Shown: positions 1 through 9,371 of the stretch, one piece after another
Layout of the letters: each line of letters begins with the position of its first letter
Numbering within the stretch: the first letter of the stretch is position 1
DNA from: Candidatus Babeliales bacterium
GTDB taxonomy: Bacteria; Babelota; Babeliae; Babelales; Vermiphilaceae
NCBI GenBank assembly: GCA_035940365.1
Contig: DASZEX010000033.1
Span: forward strand, 1,991-65,990
Reading direction: 5' to 3'
Length of the DNA stretch: 64,000 bases
Position numbers and translations under genes: made by a program
The notes under the pieces: model-generated
Databases searched by the model: none
What the model saw: the letters and a program-made list of their open reading frames with translations, nothing else
What the model was told of the DNA's origin: nothing

Positions 1-309
1 TGTTATAACGTCACCAAGAAGTTTTTCTGGCCAATCGCGATAAAGGCTGGCAAGTTTAATAATATATTGACACGCTTGTGGCTCTCTGAGTTTGGCAAGT
101 ATATACATCGCTGTAATGTAATCGACATCGCAACTAGTTAACTTTTGGTAATTTTCTGCTGCATTTTTAACTATTGCAAGAAGCGTGGGAATAATTTCTT
201 CTTTATATAGAATAGCAGTGTTTATAGCCGCCTCCGGGACTTTATTTCTCTGATTAAGAGCTGTTATAATTTGGGGTATTGTATATTGAAATGTCGTTAT
301 ATTGTTCAC
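1..309 (-). CDS. hypothetical protein, N-terminal part only (gene runs off window start); DUF1186-like by eye
   Basis: Minus-strand frame open from GTG at 309 (alt TTG 327) to position 1 (103 codons): VNNITTFQYTIPQIITALNQRNKVPEAAINTAILYKEEIIPTLLAIVKNAAENYQ...DWPEKLLGDVIT. Absent from ORF track because truncated. The P-EA..IIP.LL...LLGD.IT pattern recalls DUF1186/SEC-C-associated proteins. Confidence 0.4.
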   Translation of the reverse strand, partial: MNNITTFQYTIPQIITALNQRNKVPEAAINTAILYKEEIIPTLLAIVKNAAENYQKLTSCDVDYITAMYILAKLREPQACQYIIKLASLYRDWPEKLLGDVIT

Positions 310-431
310 ATAAACCTCAAAATGCAAAATTCAAAAATTCATTTTCATGTGCGAATGTACCAAACATCTATCTCTATTAATTATATCATAAATTAAGGTT
401 ATTTCTATATATTGACCTGCCAGTAGGAGCA

Positions 432-1037
432 TTACTTGAGTAACATATTGTTCATTTCTTTTAGAATTTGCATGTCCGATTTTTTATTTATTTTTACCGA
501 TGTAAATTGCCCATTGGATCTCTCTATAAGAACGTTTTGCGAACCCCGGTAAGAATAATAAAAATATTCTGCATCTTTGGGCGCATTTTTATCTAAATTT
601 GGTCTCCAACAGCCTTGCCATTGAGGGCTGATAGTAGCCTTATACAATTCTTCTGCTAGCAATTTATCTGTTTCATTATCATTAAGCTTAGCAGTTGAAG
701 AAGAAGTAGTAGTAGTACTTATTATTTCTTTGCTATCAAAAATTCTTTTGTTTCTTTTTTCGCCAACAGGATAATATCTTTTAAATAATCTATACCCACC
801 AAAGATAAGACCTATAATTCCTATTGTATATGCCATTTCTTGTTTTTTTGGAGCTCGTAATTGACCGCATTCGCATGGGATAAATTTTTTTAATCCCTGG
901 TGGAAAAATAAACATATGTCGTGAGAGCTTGGCAAACACAACACTTCTGATATGCATATAAAATTACTCATCAAAGCAATCCATAACCAAAAATATCGCA
1001 TGCTCTGTCTTTTCATTGTGAATTTTTTTCTAAACAT
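432..1037 (-). CDS. hypothetical membrane protein
   Basis: 201-aa ORF; hydrophobic N-terminus (YFWLWIALMSNFICI), second TM (YTIGIIGLIFGGY), Ser/Thr linker; no recognisable family. Confidence 0.5.
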   Translation of the reverse strand: MFRKKFTMKRQSMRYFWLWIALMSNFICISEVLCLPSSHDICLFFHQGLKKFIPCECGQLRAPKKQEMAYTIGIIGLIFGGYRLFKRYYPVGEKRNKRIFDSKEIISTTTTSSSTAKLNDNETDKLLAEELYKATISPQWQGCWRPNLDKNAPKDAEYFYYSYRGSQNVLIERSNGQFTSVKINKKSDMQILKEMNNMLLK

Positions 1038-1047
1038 TTAAAAAATT

Positions 1048-1065
1048 GGCTCGCCATACGTAGCC
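1048..1065 (-). terminator. possible intrinsic terminator after tRNA-Arg / atp cluster
   Basis: Minus-strand hairpin GGCTACGTATGGCGAGCC followed by AATTTTTT; short imperfect stem. Confidence 0.3.
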
Positions 1066-1104
1066 TTCTACTTCGCTAAAGCTCCGTAGAATTAAGGCGA
1101 AGTA

Positions 1105-1181
1105 TGGTGTGCCCGGTAGGATTTGAACCTACGACCTACGGATTAGAAGTCCGTCGCTCTATCCAACTGAGCTACGGGCAC
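1105..1181 (-). tRNA. tRNA-Arg (anticodon UCU)
   Basis: Reverse complement GTGCCCGTAGCTCAGTTGGATAGAGCGACGGACTTCTAATCCGTAGGTCGTAGGTTCAAATCCTACCGGGCACACCA folds as a cloverleaf: 7-bp acceptor, D arm GCTC/GAGC, anticodon stem ACGGA/TCCGT with loop CTTCTAA, T arm GTAGG-TTCAAAT-CCTAC, encoded CCA. Confidence 0.95.
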
Positions 1182-1239
1182 AGAATGGTAAAAACATGTT
1201 TATTGTAGCTGGTTATGCATAACTTTACAAGATTACAAA

Positions 1240-2769
1240 TTACCAGCTGCCTTGTATCCCTACTTTTGGTTGTGGCATGACAAACAACATACTAAAATCA
1301 GTGGCAATTTTTTTAAGTTTTGCTCGGTTGAGTTCAGATAGATCACCGGTATCTTTTATAGCATTGTATAGATCACCATATACTGATGCAATATAACTGA
1401 CAAATTGAGTAGCAAAAGATACCACTTGGTCAACAGCTAGTGCATCTAAGATATGCTCTTGTAATAAAAATAACATAAGCGTTTGATCCACAAAAGAGTA
1501 GGTTACATGTTCAGGTTGTTTGAGTAGAGCAATAGCACGTTCTCCCCGCGCTAAATGTTTTTTTGATACTTCATCTAGTTCTGCTCCAAATTGTGCAAAG
1601 CCCTTCAGTTCATGGTATTGTGCCAGCTCAAGCCTAAATGATTTGGTAACTTTTTTGATTGCGGCTGTTTGGGCTGCACTGCCTACCCGTGATACTGAAA
1701 GTTCAGCATTGACTGCTGGCCTAATGCCACGGTTAAATAATTGTGTATCAAGAAATATTTGCCCATCTGTGATGGAAATTAAATTAGTTGGAATATATGA
1801 AGTTATATCATCACCTTGAATTTGTACCAATGGCAAGGCAGTCAATGAACCACCTTTAGCCATATTGCCAGCTCGTTCAAGTAGTCGTGAGTGTAAATAG
1901 AAAACATCACCTGGATATGCCTCGCGTCCTGGTGAACGGCGTAATAATAAAGACATTTCCCGAAATGCAATAGCATGGTTACTTAAATCATCATATACAA
2001 TAAGGACATCACGTCCTTGATCGCGAAAATATTCACCAATTGTACAGCCAACATAAGGTGCTAAATATTGATTTAATACAGCCTCACCAGCTTGCGCATT
2101 AACGATAATAGTATGAGCCAATGCTTGTTGCTCTTCCAGATATCTGACTAAACGAGCTACATTAGCTTGCCGCTGACCAATAGCAACATAAATACAAAGC
2201 ACATTTTGATTTTTTTGGTGTACAATAGTATCAATAACTAATGTGGTTTTTCCTGCACCGCGATTACCAATAACTAATTCCCGTTGCCCGCGCCCTATAG
2301 GTACCAAGGAATCAATTGCCATAATACCAGTTTCAAGTGATTTGTTCACTGGCGTACGTTCCATAATACCAGGTATGGGAACTTCAATAGGATTAAATAC
2401 ATCTGCTTTAATATCACCCAAACCATCAAGCGGTAATCCTTGTGCATTAATAACCCGACCGAGCAAATCAGAAGATATAGGAATAGTATATACGCTTCCT
2501 GTACACCGGGCGATTTCTCTTTCTACTACCGGAATTACCGTATCAATGAGAAATATATCAACTGCATCATCATTTATTTGAAAAACCATCCCACGGTTAC
2601 CACCTTCAAAGGTGACAAGTTCTCCAAATACGACCGTCCGCAATCCATGCACCTTGCAAATACCATCACCTACCTGAACCACAATCCCTATTTCATCAAG
2701 ACTATCTTCTGGCAGAGCACTGAGTGCACGCTCGAATAATGAAACAAGATCTGAGCTTTTGAGTGCCAT
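1240..2769 (-). CDS. atpA: F0F1 ATP synthase subunit alpha
   Basis: 509 aa; Walker A GNRGAGKTT, QRELVIGNR, DDLSNHAIAFREMSLLLRRSPGREAYPGDVFYLHSRLLERA are hallmark alpha-subunit blocks; follows delta gene. Confidence 0.95.
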   Translation of the reverse strand: MALKSSDLVSLFERALSALPEDSLDEIGIVVQVGDGICKVHGLRTVVFGELVTFEGGNRGMVFQINDDAVDIFLIDTVIPVVEREIARCTGSVYTIPISSDLLGRVINAQGLPLDGLGDIKADVFNPIEVPIPGIMERTPVNKSLETGIMAIDSLVPIGRGQRELVIGNRGAGKTTLVIDTIVHQKNQNVLCIYVAIGQRQANVARLVRYLEEQQALAHTIIVNAQAGEAVLNQYLAPYVGCTIGEYFRDQGRDVLIVYDDLSNHAIAFREMSLLLRRSPGREAYPGDVFYLHSRLLERAGNMAKGGSLTALPLVQIQGDDITSYIPTNLISITDGQIFLDTQLFNRGIRPAVNAELSVSRVGSAAQTAAIKKVTKSFRLELAQYHELKGFAQFGAELDEVSKKHLARGERAIALLKQPEHVTYSFVDQTLMLFLLQEHILDALAVDQVVSFATQFVSYIASVYGDLYNAIKDTGDLSELNRAKLKKIATDFSMLFVMPQPKVGIQGSW

Positions 2770-2781
2770 GTCTTTTATCCC

Positions 2782-3330
2782 CTACTGCACTAAAAGATTA
2801 TGCATCATGCGCATATCTTTACTAACTGAATGTTCCCATAAAAAGTAATTACTTTGCATGCGTATACCAGCAATAAGATTGGTATCAATATGATATATAC
2901 AACGAACTTCTTTTTTGCAATGCTGTTCCAGAAACAATCGGCACACTTCTTGTTGATTATCAGAAAGTGGCTCTGCGCTGCTAATGGTAAACCATTCAAC
3001 GTTTTTCTTTTGCCAATATAATTGTACAATAACATGTAAAATTGATTCCAATAAATAGGTGCGCTTATGCGCAATCAAAAGATTACAGAGTTGTTGGTAT
3101 CCTTGTGGCAAGTGATATAATGAATCAAGTATCGATAATGCTTCTTTTTTTATAGTATCTTCTATAATTAATAATTTGAACATAAATTGAAGATGTGGTT
3201 GCTTGTGTAAATAATCAGCTGCATTATTAATATGAACAATATCGTTTTCGGTTAAATCAGCACCAAATAGGGTAGTCCAAGCCATAGCATATCGTTTTAC
3301 CAATAATGATTCAGTGTCAGAAGTAATCAT
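2782..3330 (-). CDS. atpH: F0F1 ATP synthase subunit delta (OSCP)
   Basis: 182 aa, position between b and alpha, C-terminal ...IAGIRMQSNYFLWEHSV resembles the delta (I/L)GG(i/v) block; call is mostly positional. Confidence 0.7.
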   Translation of the reverse strand: MITSDTESLLVKRYAMAWTTLFGADLTENDIVHINNAADYLHKQPHLQFMFKLLIIEDTIKKEALSILDSLYHLPQGYQQLCNLLIAHKRTYLLESILHVIVQLYWQKKNVEWFTISSAEPLSDNQQEVCRLFLEQHCKKEVRCIYHIDTNLIAGIRMQSNYFLWEHSVSKDMRMMHNLLVQ

Positions 3331-3824
3331 TGATGGTCCTTATTGGCTAAATATCCTATAAGTTTTGATTGATAGTTTTGAATGGCATCCTTATTGGTAT
3401 ATATTTGCTTTAATTCTTGCTGCGCATTGTGCAATGCTTGTGTGAAAATTTTTTTTTGTAATGCTATCGTTGCCATTTGTTCCATACGAGTATTAGTTTG
3501 TGCGTGCAGAAGTATACGATATGCTTGTAATTCGTCTTCTTGGCGTGCGCGTTTAAAAATAGAAGCTGTTTGCCATATCTCCAAAGATTTTTGTAATGCA
3601 AGACTATTTTTTTCTGCTTGTTCCAATTGCTGCTGTTGTTTTTTATATTGTGTACGTAATTCTTCTATGGCCAGTGTTTGCGTGCGACGTGCTGTTTGCA
3701 TATCAAGATAGTTCGCTTGTATTATTGGCATTAGTTTTTTGACTATAACCCAATAGATACTTAGGAATAATACAATGCCATTAAGTATTGAAAAAAATGT
3801 ATTAATAAATACTGATGTATTCAT
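3327..3824 (-). CDS. atpF: F0F1 ATP synthase subunit b
   Basis: 165 aa, single N-terminal TM then long charged helix; 4-nt overlaps with flanking atp genes. Confidence 0.7.
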   Translation of the reverse strand: MNTSVFINTFFSILNGIVLFLSIYWVIVKKLMPIIQANYLDMQTARRTQTLAIEELRTQYKKQQQQLEQAEKNSLALQKSLEIWQTASIFKRARQEDELQAYRILLHAQTNTRMEQMATIALQKKIFTQALHNAQQELKQIYTNKDAIQNYQSKLIGYLANKDHQ

Positions 3825-4180
3825 ACAGATTCTTTGACTTTCTTGATTATGAGTTGTTGGATATCGGTAATCAAAGAGGTTGTATCATCTTCTTGAAATT
3901 CCTTAAAGCTTCGTACATATTCTATGCGCGGTGTCAGAGGCGCGATTGCATATATTTGAGTTTGTTTATATCGCAAATGTGCCATATGCCATAGTGTATA
4001 GTTTTTATCTTGTAATAAAGTAATTCCAGCTTGTAGATCAGCTTCTTGTTGCTTGAGGGATTGATCATAGGCATTCCTGCGGGCAATAATAGCAAAAACA
4101 GGCCTTAATACAATTGTATATAAGGCGAGCCATATTAAACAAAAATTAATTATTTGTATTATAATAGTTGCATCTATCAT
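3821..4180 (-). CDS. F0F1 ATP synthase subunit b' (second b-type stalk subunit)
   Basis: 119 aa, N-terminal TM (IIQIINFCLIWLALYTIVLRPV) plus helical tail, located between c and b. Confidence 0.6.
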   Translation of the reverse strand: MIDATIIIQIINFCLIWLALYTIVLRPVFAIIARRNAYDQSLKQQEADLQAGITLLQDKNYTLWHMAHLRYKQTQIYAIAPLTPRIEYVRSFKEFQEDDTTSLITDIQQLIIKKVKESV

Positions 4181-4210
4181 AATGCATACCCATATATCGT
4201 GATCGCGTCA

Positions 4211-4471
4211 TTATAAAATTAATGCAACCCAAATTAATGCGCCAGCTACCATCGCAGCATAAATTGCTGAAGTTTCTACCAGAGCCATAGCTAAAATCAT
4301 GGCATTTCGAATTTTACCGCTATGTTCTGGATATTTACCCATATTTTCGCAAGCTTTCATACCAATAAGACCTTGTCCAATAGCAGGTCCAATGCTACCA
4401 ATACCCATTGCTATGGCCGATCCAATGAGGGCTAACCCTTTAGCATAAAATATTCCGTCAATAGCATCCAT
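4211..4471 (-). CDS. atpE: F0F1 ATP synthase subunit c
   Basis: 86 aa two-helix hairpin, GxGxGxG-like IGSIGPAIGQGLIG, polar loop, second helix with LVETSAIYA carboxylate. Confidence 0.9.
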   Translation of the reverse strand: MDAIDGIFYAKGLALIGSAIAMGIGSIGPAIGQGLIGMKACENMGKYPEHSGKIRNAMILAMALVETSAIYAAMVAGALIWVALIL

Positions 4472-4714
4472 ATAAAAATCCCTTTGAGTATATGCTTATT
4501 TTATAAACTATTGCACTCTAGCGTATTTTTTTTATAGTACCTAAGTTGATTATAAAAAGCTAATAATTATTTGAAATGTATGAAAAAGTAATCATTTTTT
4601 AGTAGTTCTTTTTTGTCAGGGTACTTAAAATAAAGTAAACTGACATCCGTATCTCTAATAAAAAGGCATATAGATCATTTATTAATATCTTAGTACTGTA
4701 CTGATGAGGCATAT

Positions 4715-6397
4715 ATGATACGCGTATGGCGTTATGGTCTCTATACGTTATGTATAGGATCGCTACTAGTAAATACTATAACATATACTAACTTACTAGA
4801 AGATTATATTCACGAGGAACTATATAACAATGATGCATTTGATGAAGATCTTTTTGATGATTCTGATACGTATAATGAGTTTTTCACATCGGCAATATCA
4901 AAACAGTTACCCCCCGAGGTTATTATTGGATTTTTACTAAGTCTCAATGCTCTTGAAATATTACAAACAGATTTTTTTGTTCATACAAATCCCTTAAATA
5001 AGCGCTCTATTTTGGATTCCCCTTTATTTGAATTTCGTGACTGTAATGATTATGATGGTTGGCATTTGCGCGCCGAGGCTTTTTATAATAAAACAGATCG
5101 TTATAATTTTACGGCAAAAAGTGATAAAATTTGTTCTTATCTTGCCTTGGCTTCGCCTACTTTAATTGGTGCTATTGTTTCTGTTTTGGAAAATGTAAAT
5201 GCGCTGGTACCTAATTTTTTTGATTTTGATGTGCCAACCGTATTTAAAATTTTGCAAAAAATACGCATCGAGGAACGCAATTTGGGTATTATGGTTTCAG
5301 GTGTGCGCCAATGGAAACGGGGTTATTTTCAAATTATGACCCCTATTTTGTATCATGAAAGAAACTTCTTTTTGACTACAAGTGAATTGGACGAACTGGC
5401 CGATGAGTTGGGCGAAGGGGAACCCGACTTTCAAAAAAAACATGTCATTAGCGATAAGCTTGGTTTAGGAGATACTCGTATTGAAGCTGGTATGCGGGTA
5501 GTGGAAAAACCTTCAATAGAATGTATTTTTGGTATGCAAGCTACTATTCCTACAGCATTTACTATAGCCAAATGTATTTTTGGTAATCATTTTAATAAAT
5601 CAAAATTTGAATCATATCCCGATGTAGATTTTGATACTATTTATCGCGCTCTTGAACATTATTTAAACCATACTATTGATTTGCGGGAAAAACAAAATGT
5701 TATTGATATTGCCCGAGAGTTTATTATAGGTGTTATTGACAGGATTGCTGCAAATCTTATTGATGACCCACTGGGCAATGGTGGCCATTTGGGTCTTGGT
5801 GTTTTTGGGACAAGCCAATCACCACTTACCTGTTTTTTTTCTCGGCAATGGGCAGAACCTTGGTGTTGGCATAATCGTATGTCACTTGAATATTTATGGC
5901 CAAAAAAGGAAAAACGTTTTTATATTAATAAGAATGATCCACAATCTTTTGCTGAGCGAAATTTTGCTGATCCTGCACAAGCGGCAGCTAATTTGATTTT
6001 TCTGCAAAATGAATTGATTAATCGTGTTTATTTACTTGCAATAACCACTACGGTACAGCCAGGACTTATATACAGATGGACTAGTTCATTTAATTATGTA
6101 AGTGAACATTTAAAAGGTGATGTTGGTACTAACCTATGGGTACAGCAAGCAGAAAAGTTATATGATAAAACACTCAGTCCATGTACTGCAACAACTATCA
6201 ATCAACTGCTTGCTCTTGATATGTGCAAAGTGCGTGCACCAGTTGCGCTGCAACTTAAAATTTTTGGCGATATAGCATACTGCTTTCAGCAAGAGGATCT
6301 ATCATGGACAATCGGCGTGAATGGTGATATAACTGCTCTTAAACATGGCATTGGAAGAGATTACACGCTCGGTCTATTTGTTGAAGCATTATGGTAG
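4715..6397 (+). CDS. hypothetical exported protein, candidate outer-membrane beta-barrel
   Basis: 560 aa; N-terminal hydrophobic segment; C-terminus DYTLGLFVEALW has alternating hydrophobics and a terminal aromatic like an OMP beta-signal (compare BamA here ending SYDW). Confidence 0.45.
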   Translation: MIRVWRYGLYTLCIGSLLVNTITYTNLLEDYIHEELYNNDAFDEDLFDDSDTYNEFFTSAISKQLPPEVIIGFLLSLNALEILQTDFFVHTNPLNKRSILDSPLFEFRDCNDYDGWHLRAEAFYNKTDRYNFTAKSDKICSYLALASPTLIGAIVSVLENVNALVPNFFDFDVPTVFKILQKIRIEERNLGIMVSGVRQWKRGYFQIMTPILYHERNFFLTTSELDELADELGEGEPDFQKKHVISDKLGLGDTRIEAGMRVVEKPSIECIFGMQATIPTAFTIAKCIFGNHFNKSKFESYPDVDFDTIYRALEHYLNHTIDLREKQNVIDIAREFIIGVIDRIAANLIDDPLGNGGHLGLGVFGTSQSPLTCFFSRQWAEPWCWHNRMSLEYLWPKKEKRFYINKNDPQSFAERNFADPAQAAANLIFLQNELINRVYLLAITTTVQPGLIYRWTSSFNYVSEHLKGDVGTNLWVQQAEKLYDKTLSPCTATTINQLLALDMCKVRAPVALQLKIFGDIAYCFQQEDLSWTIGVNGDITALKHGIGRDYTLGLFVEALW

Positions 6398-6424
6398 ATA
6401 TTTTAAAAATAAAAAGGATTTTAC

Positions 6425-7198
6425 ATGAACAGTAATTGTTTGTATACCAAGACTGTATTTTCTTTATTGTTACTTTATTCCTATATACCAATATACAGCC
6501 ATAATTTTGAATCCTCTATTGTGTTTGAATCTAGAATGTTAAAATTAGTGGATGGCACGCCCGTATTTAATGGTTCTACTGTCACTATCGTACAACGATA
6601 TCGTAAACATGTGTATAATTTTATGAATCAATTGTATTGTATAGGAGATGCCCAGCATTCATTGGTAGAATGGGCACAACTTGAACAAGTGCAGCCATTG
6701 CCAGGCAACGCACCAGAGCATTTAGCATTATTAATCAAAACATTTGAAACATTTTCAGAACCTTTTTTGGATACTATACGATCAGCAAAGCCTGTCTTGG
6801 TAGAACTTGTTAAAGAATTTTGTACAAAACGAGATAGACATGAATCACTATTGCTGCAATTGGCGCTTAGTCCCAATGGTGAAGAGCGTGCGGTATTTAA
6901 GCAGGAATTAAAGTCTTATAATCATTTATGTAATTTTTGTATTGATTTGATGCATTTTCTGAAAGATCTTCTTCATTCATGTCCAAAAGCATATGCAGAT
7001 TACAAACATTATAATGACATTTCCAAGCAAGTACGTACAATATTGAATGAACGCAATATAACACTCAAGAGAGAAACATATCGTGCATTAATGGCAACTA
7101 TAAGCAAACAATATGAACCAAATGAAGTAGTAACACGTGAAAAAGTCGAACAATTAATTAATACTTATTTGAAGAAATATACGACCTACAATGGATGA
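6425..7198 (+). CDS. hypothetical secreted protein
   Basis: 257 aa, signal-like N-terminus (VFSLLLLYSYIPIYS); overlaps recD2 start by 8 nt, suggesting co-transcription. Confidence 0.5.
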   Translation: MNSNCLYTKTVFSLLLLYSYIPIYSHNFESSIVFESRMLKLVDGTPVFNGSTVTIVQRYRKHVYNFMNQLYCIGDAQHSLVEWAQLEQVQPLPGNAPEHLALLIKTFETFSEPFLDTIRSAKPVLVELVKEFCTKRDRHESLLLQLALSPNGEERAVFKQELKSYNHLCNFCIDLMHFLKDLLHSCPKAYADYKHYNDISKQVRTILNERNITLKRETYRALMATISKQYEPNEVVTREKVEQLINTYLKKYTTYNG

Positions 7199-9371
7199 TA
7201 AAGAGATATTATGTGGAACATTGGAGAGATTTGTATATAAAAATCAGGAAAATGGTTTTTCAGTATGTATTCTTGCATTATCTGATAATCAATCAGTTAC
7301 TCTCAAAGGAACTCTCGCTCATTTGCATGAAGGTGAGCGAGTGCAAGTTACCGGAATATGGACAAGTCATACTAAATTTGGTAAACAATTTGAAGTCAAT
7401 CAATGCATAATTCAAACACCCAATACTATTGTAGGACTCAAAAAATATCTTGCGTCAGGGCTTATTAAAGGCATAGGGCCGGCATATGCAGATAAACTAG
7501 TTAATAGATTTGGCCTTGATGTACTCAATGTTATAGAGAATTACCCAGAAAAATTACAGTATGTGCCTGGTATAGGACCAAAGCGTGTAGAAACTATCAT
7601 AACTGCTTGGCAAGAACAAAAAGCAATTTCCCATATTATGGTTTTTTTACAGGAAAAAGGAATATCATCCGCCTATGCTATTAAAATATATAAACGATAC
7701 GGATCACAGGCTCTTTCAATAGTTACGCAAAATCCTTACCAACTTGCTCATGATGTATGGGGTATAGGATTTACTATTGCAGATACTATAGCTTCCAATT
7801 TAGGTATTCCTTTTGATTCAATACAAAGAATTCAAGCAGGTATATTACATACTATACGCAGTGCGATAGATAATGGTCATTTATATGTTGCATTAGATCA
7901 TTTAAAAGAAGAAACAAAAACCTTATTATCGCTTGATGATACTCACATGCACCTGCTCAAGCAAGCGTTGCATATATTGCATGACACTAAACAGATTGTA
8001 CTTATTACCTATCAAATGAAACATTATATAACGCAGACACAATACTATCAGATAGAATATGCTGTTGCACAAGATATACAACACCGATTGTCAGATAAAG
8101 ATACGCGTTTTCCCCTTAATGAAATATATACTAAATTGAGAACGTATATATATAACAAACAATCATTAAGCGATGATCAACAGGTAGGGATTATGACGAG
8201 TCTGAGTCATAGGTTTACTATTATTACTGGCGGTCCTGGTACGGGAAAAACAACATTAATAAAAACATTATTAGATATTTTAGATGCACATAACGTACTA
8301 TACAAACTTGCAGCACCAACCGGCAGAGCAGCAAAACGTATTACAGAAAGTACGGCAAAACTTGCAACGACTATTCATCGCTTACTGGAATTTGATGCAA
8401 GTATTATGAAGTTTACTAGAAATGAAAAACATCCACTGAAGCTTGATTTTCTTATTGTAGATGAAGCTTCTATGATTGATATTTTTTTGGCGCATGCATT
8501 ACTGAAAGCTATTCCATTGCAAGCTCATTTTTTGTTACTAGGCGATATTGATCAATTGCCTTCAGTAGGTGCAGGCAATTTCTTGCAAGATCTTATTAAT
8601 AGTAATAAAGTTCCTTGTATACGTCTTACTCATATATTCAGACAAGCACAAACGAGCTTAATTATCACTAATGCTCATCGTATTAATAAAGGAGAGTTTC
8701 CGTTTACTGATACCAACCGAGAAAAGCCTGATTATATATTTATAGAAGAAAAAGAACCGCAAGCGCTTGCTGATCGGTTACGTAGTATATATACAATGAG
8801 TATACCTCAGTATGCTATTAAAATAGAAAATACTATTACCTTAGTTCCATTAAAGCGCGGTATAGTGGGCTCAGAAGCATTAAATCAATATATACAAGAT
8901 ATTGTAAATCCACCTGTAATAGCATCAGAAACTATAAATCGTGGTCAAACTACATTACGTATTGGTGATCGTGTGATGCAAATACGTAATAATTATGATA
9001 AATATATATTTAATGGAGATATTGGTTATATTGAAAATATAGATACGGCACAACAAAGTATAACGGTTCGTTTTGCTGAACAAACAATAATATATGAATC
9101 ATCTGAACTGGATGAACTAGTATTGGCGTATGCTATATCTATACACAAAAGTCAGGGATCTGAGTTTGATGCTGTTATTGTACCGTTATATATGCAACAT
9201 TTTGCATTACTGAAAAGAAATTTATTGTATACTGCTATAACAAGGGCAAAGAAATTATGTATTTTTGTGGGACAACCACAAGCAATTGGTATGGCAATAA
9301 AAAATAATACACACAAAGAACGATGTACTTTTTTAAAAATATTTTTAACCGATACGGTACAATGCCGCTAA
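7191..9371 (+). CDS. recD2: ATP-dependent RecD-like DNA helicase (RecD2/SF1B)
   Basis: 726 aa; HhH-like GIGPAYADKLV / GIGPKRVE, Walker A GGPGTGKTT, LIVDEASMID, GDIDQLPSVGAGN, C-terminal AISIHKSQGSEF...YTAITRAKK. Confidence 0.9.
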   Translation: MDDKEILCGTLERFVYKNQENGFSVCILALSDNQSVTLKGTLAHLHEGERVQVTGIWTSHTKFGKQFEVNQCIIQTPNTIVGLKKYLASGLIKGIGPAYADKLVNRFGLDVLNVIENYPEKLQYVPGIGPKRVETIITAWQEQKAISHIMVFLQEKGISSAYAIKIYKRYGSQALSIVTQNPYQLAHDVWGIGFTIADTIASNLGIPFDSIQRIQAGILHTIRSAIDNGHLYVALDHLKEETKTLLSLDDTHMHLLKQALHILHDTKQIVLITYQMKHYITQTQYYQIEYAVAQDIQHRLSDKDTRFPLNEIYTKLRTYIYNKQSLSDDQQVGIMTSLSHRFTIITGGPGTGKTTLIKTLLDILDAHNVLYKLAAPTGRAAKRITESTAKLATTIHRLLEFDASIMKFTRNEKHPLKLDFLIVDEASMIDIFLAHALLKAIPLQAHFLLLGDIDQLPSVGAGNFLQDLINSNKVPCIRLTHIFRQAQTSLIITNAHRINKGEFPFTDTNREKPDYIFIEEKEPQALADRLRSIYTMSIPQYAIKIENTITLVPLKRGIVGSEALNQYIQDIVNPPVIASETINRGQTTLRIGDRVMQIRNNYDKYIFNGDIGYIENIDTAQQSITVRFAEQTIIYESSELDELVLAYAISIHKSQGSEFDAVIVPLYMQHFALLKRNLLYTAITRAKKLCIFVGQPQAIGMAIKNNTHKERCTFLKIFLTDTVQCR

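Noticed and set aside
1520-2739. Three plus-strand ORFs (1520-1819, 2243-2581, 2440-2739) antisense to atpA
   Set aside because: They are shadow ORFs opposite a strongly supported, highly conserved CDS, with low-complexity, implausible translations. The same reasoning applies to the other antisense track ORFs inside rpsA, bamA, cysS, tgt/TrmH, the ABC-F gene and the channel gene.
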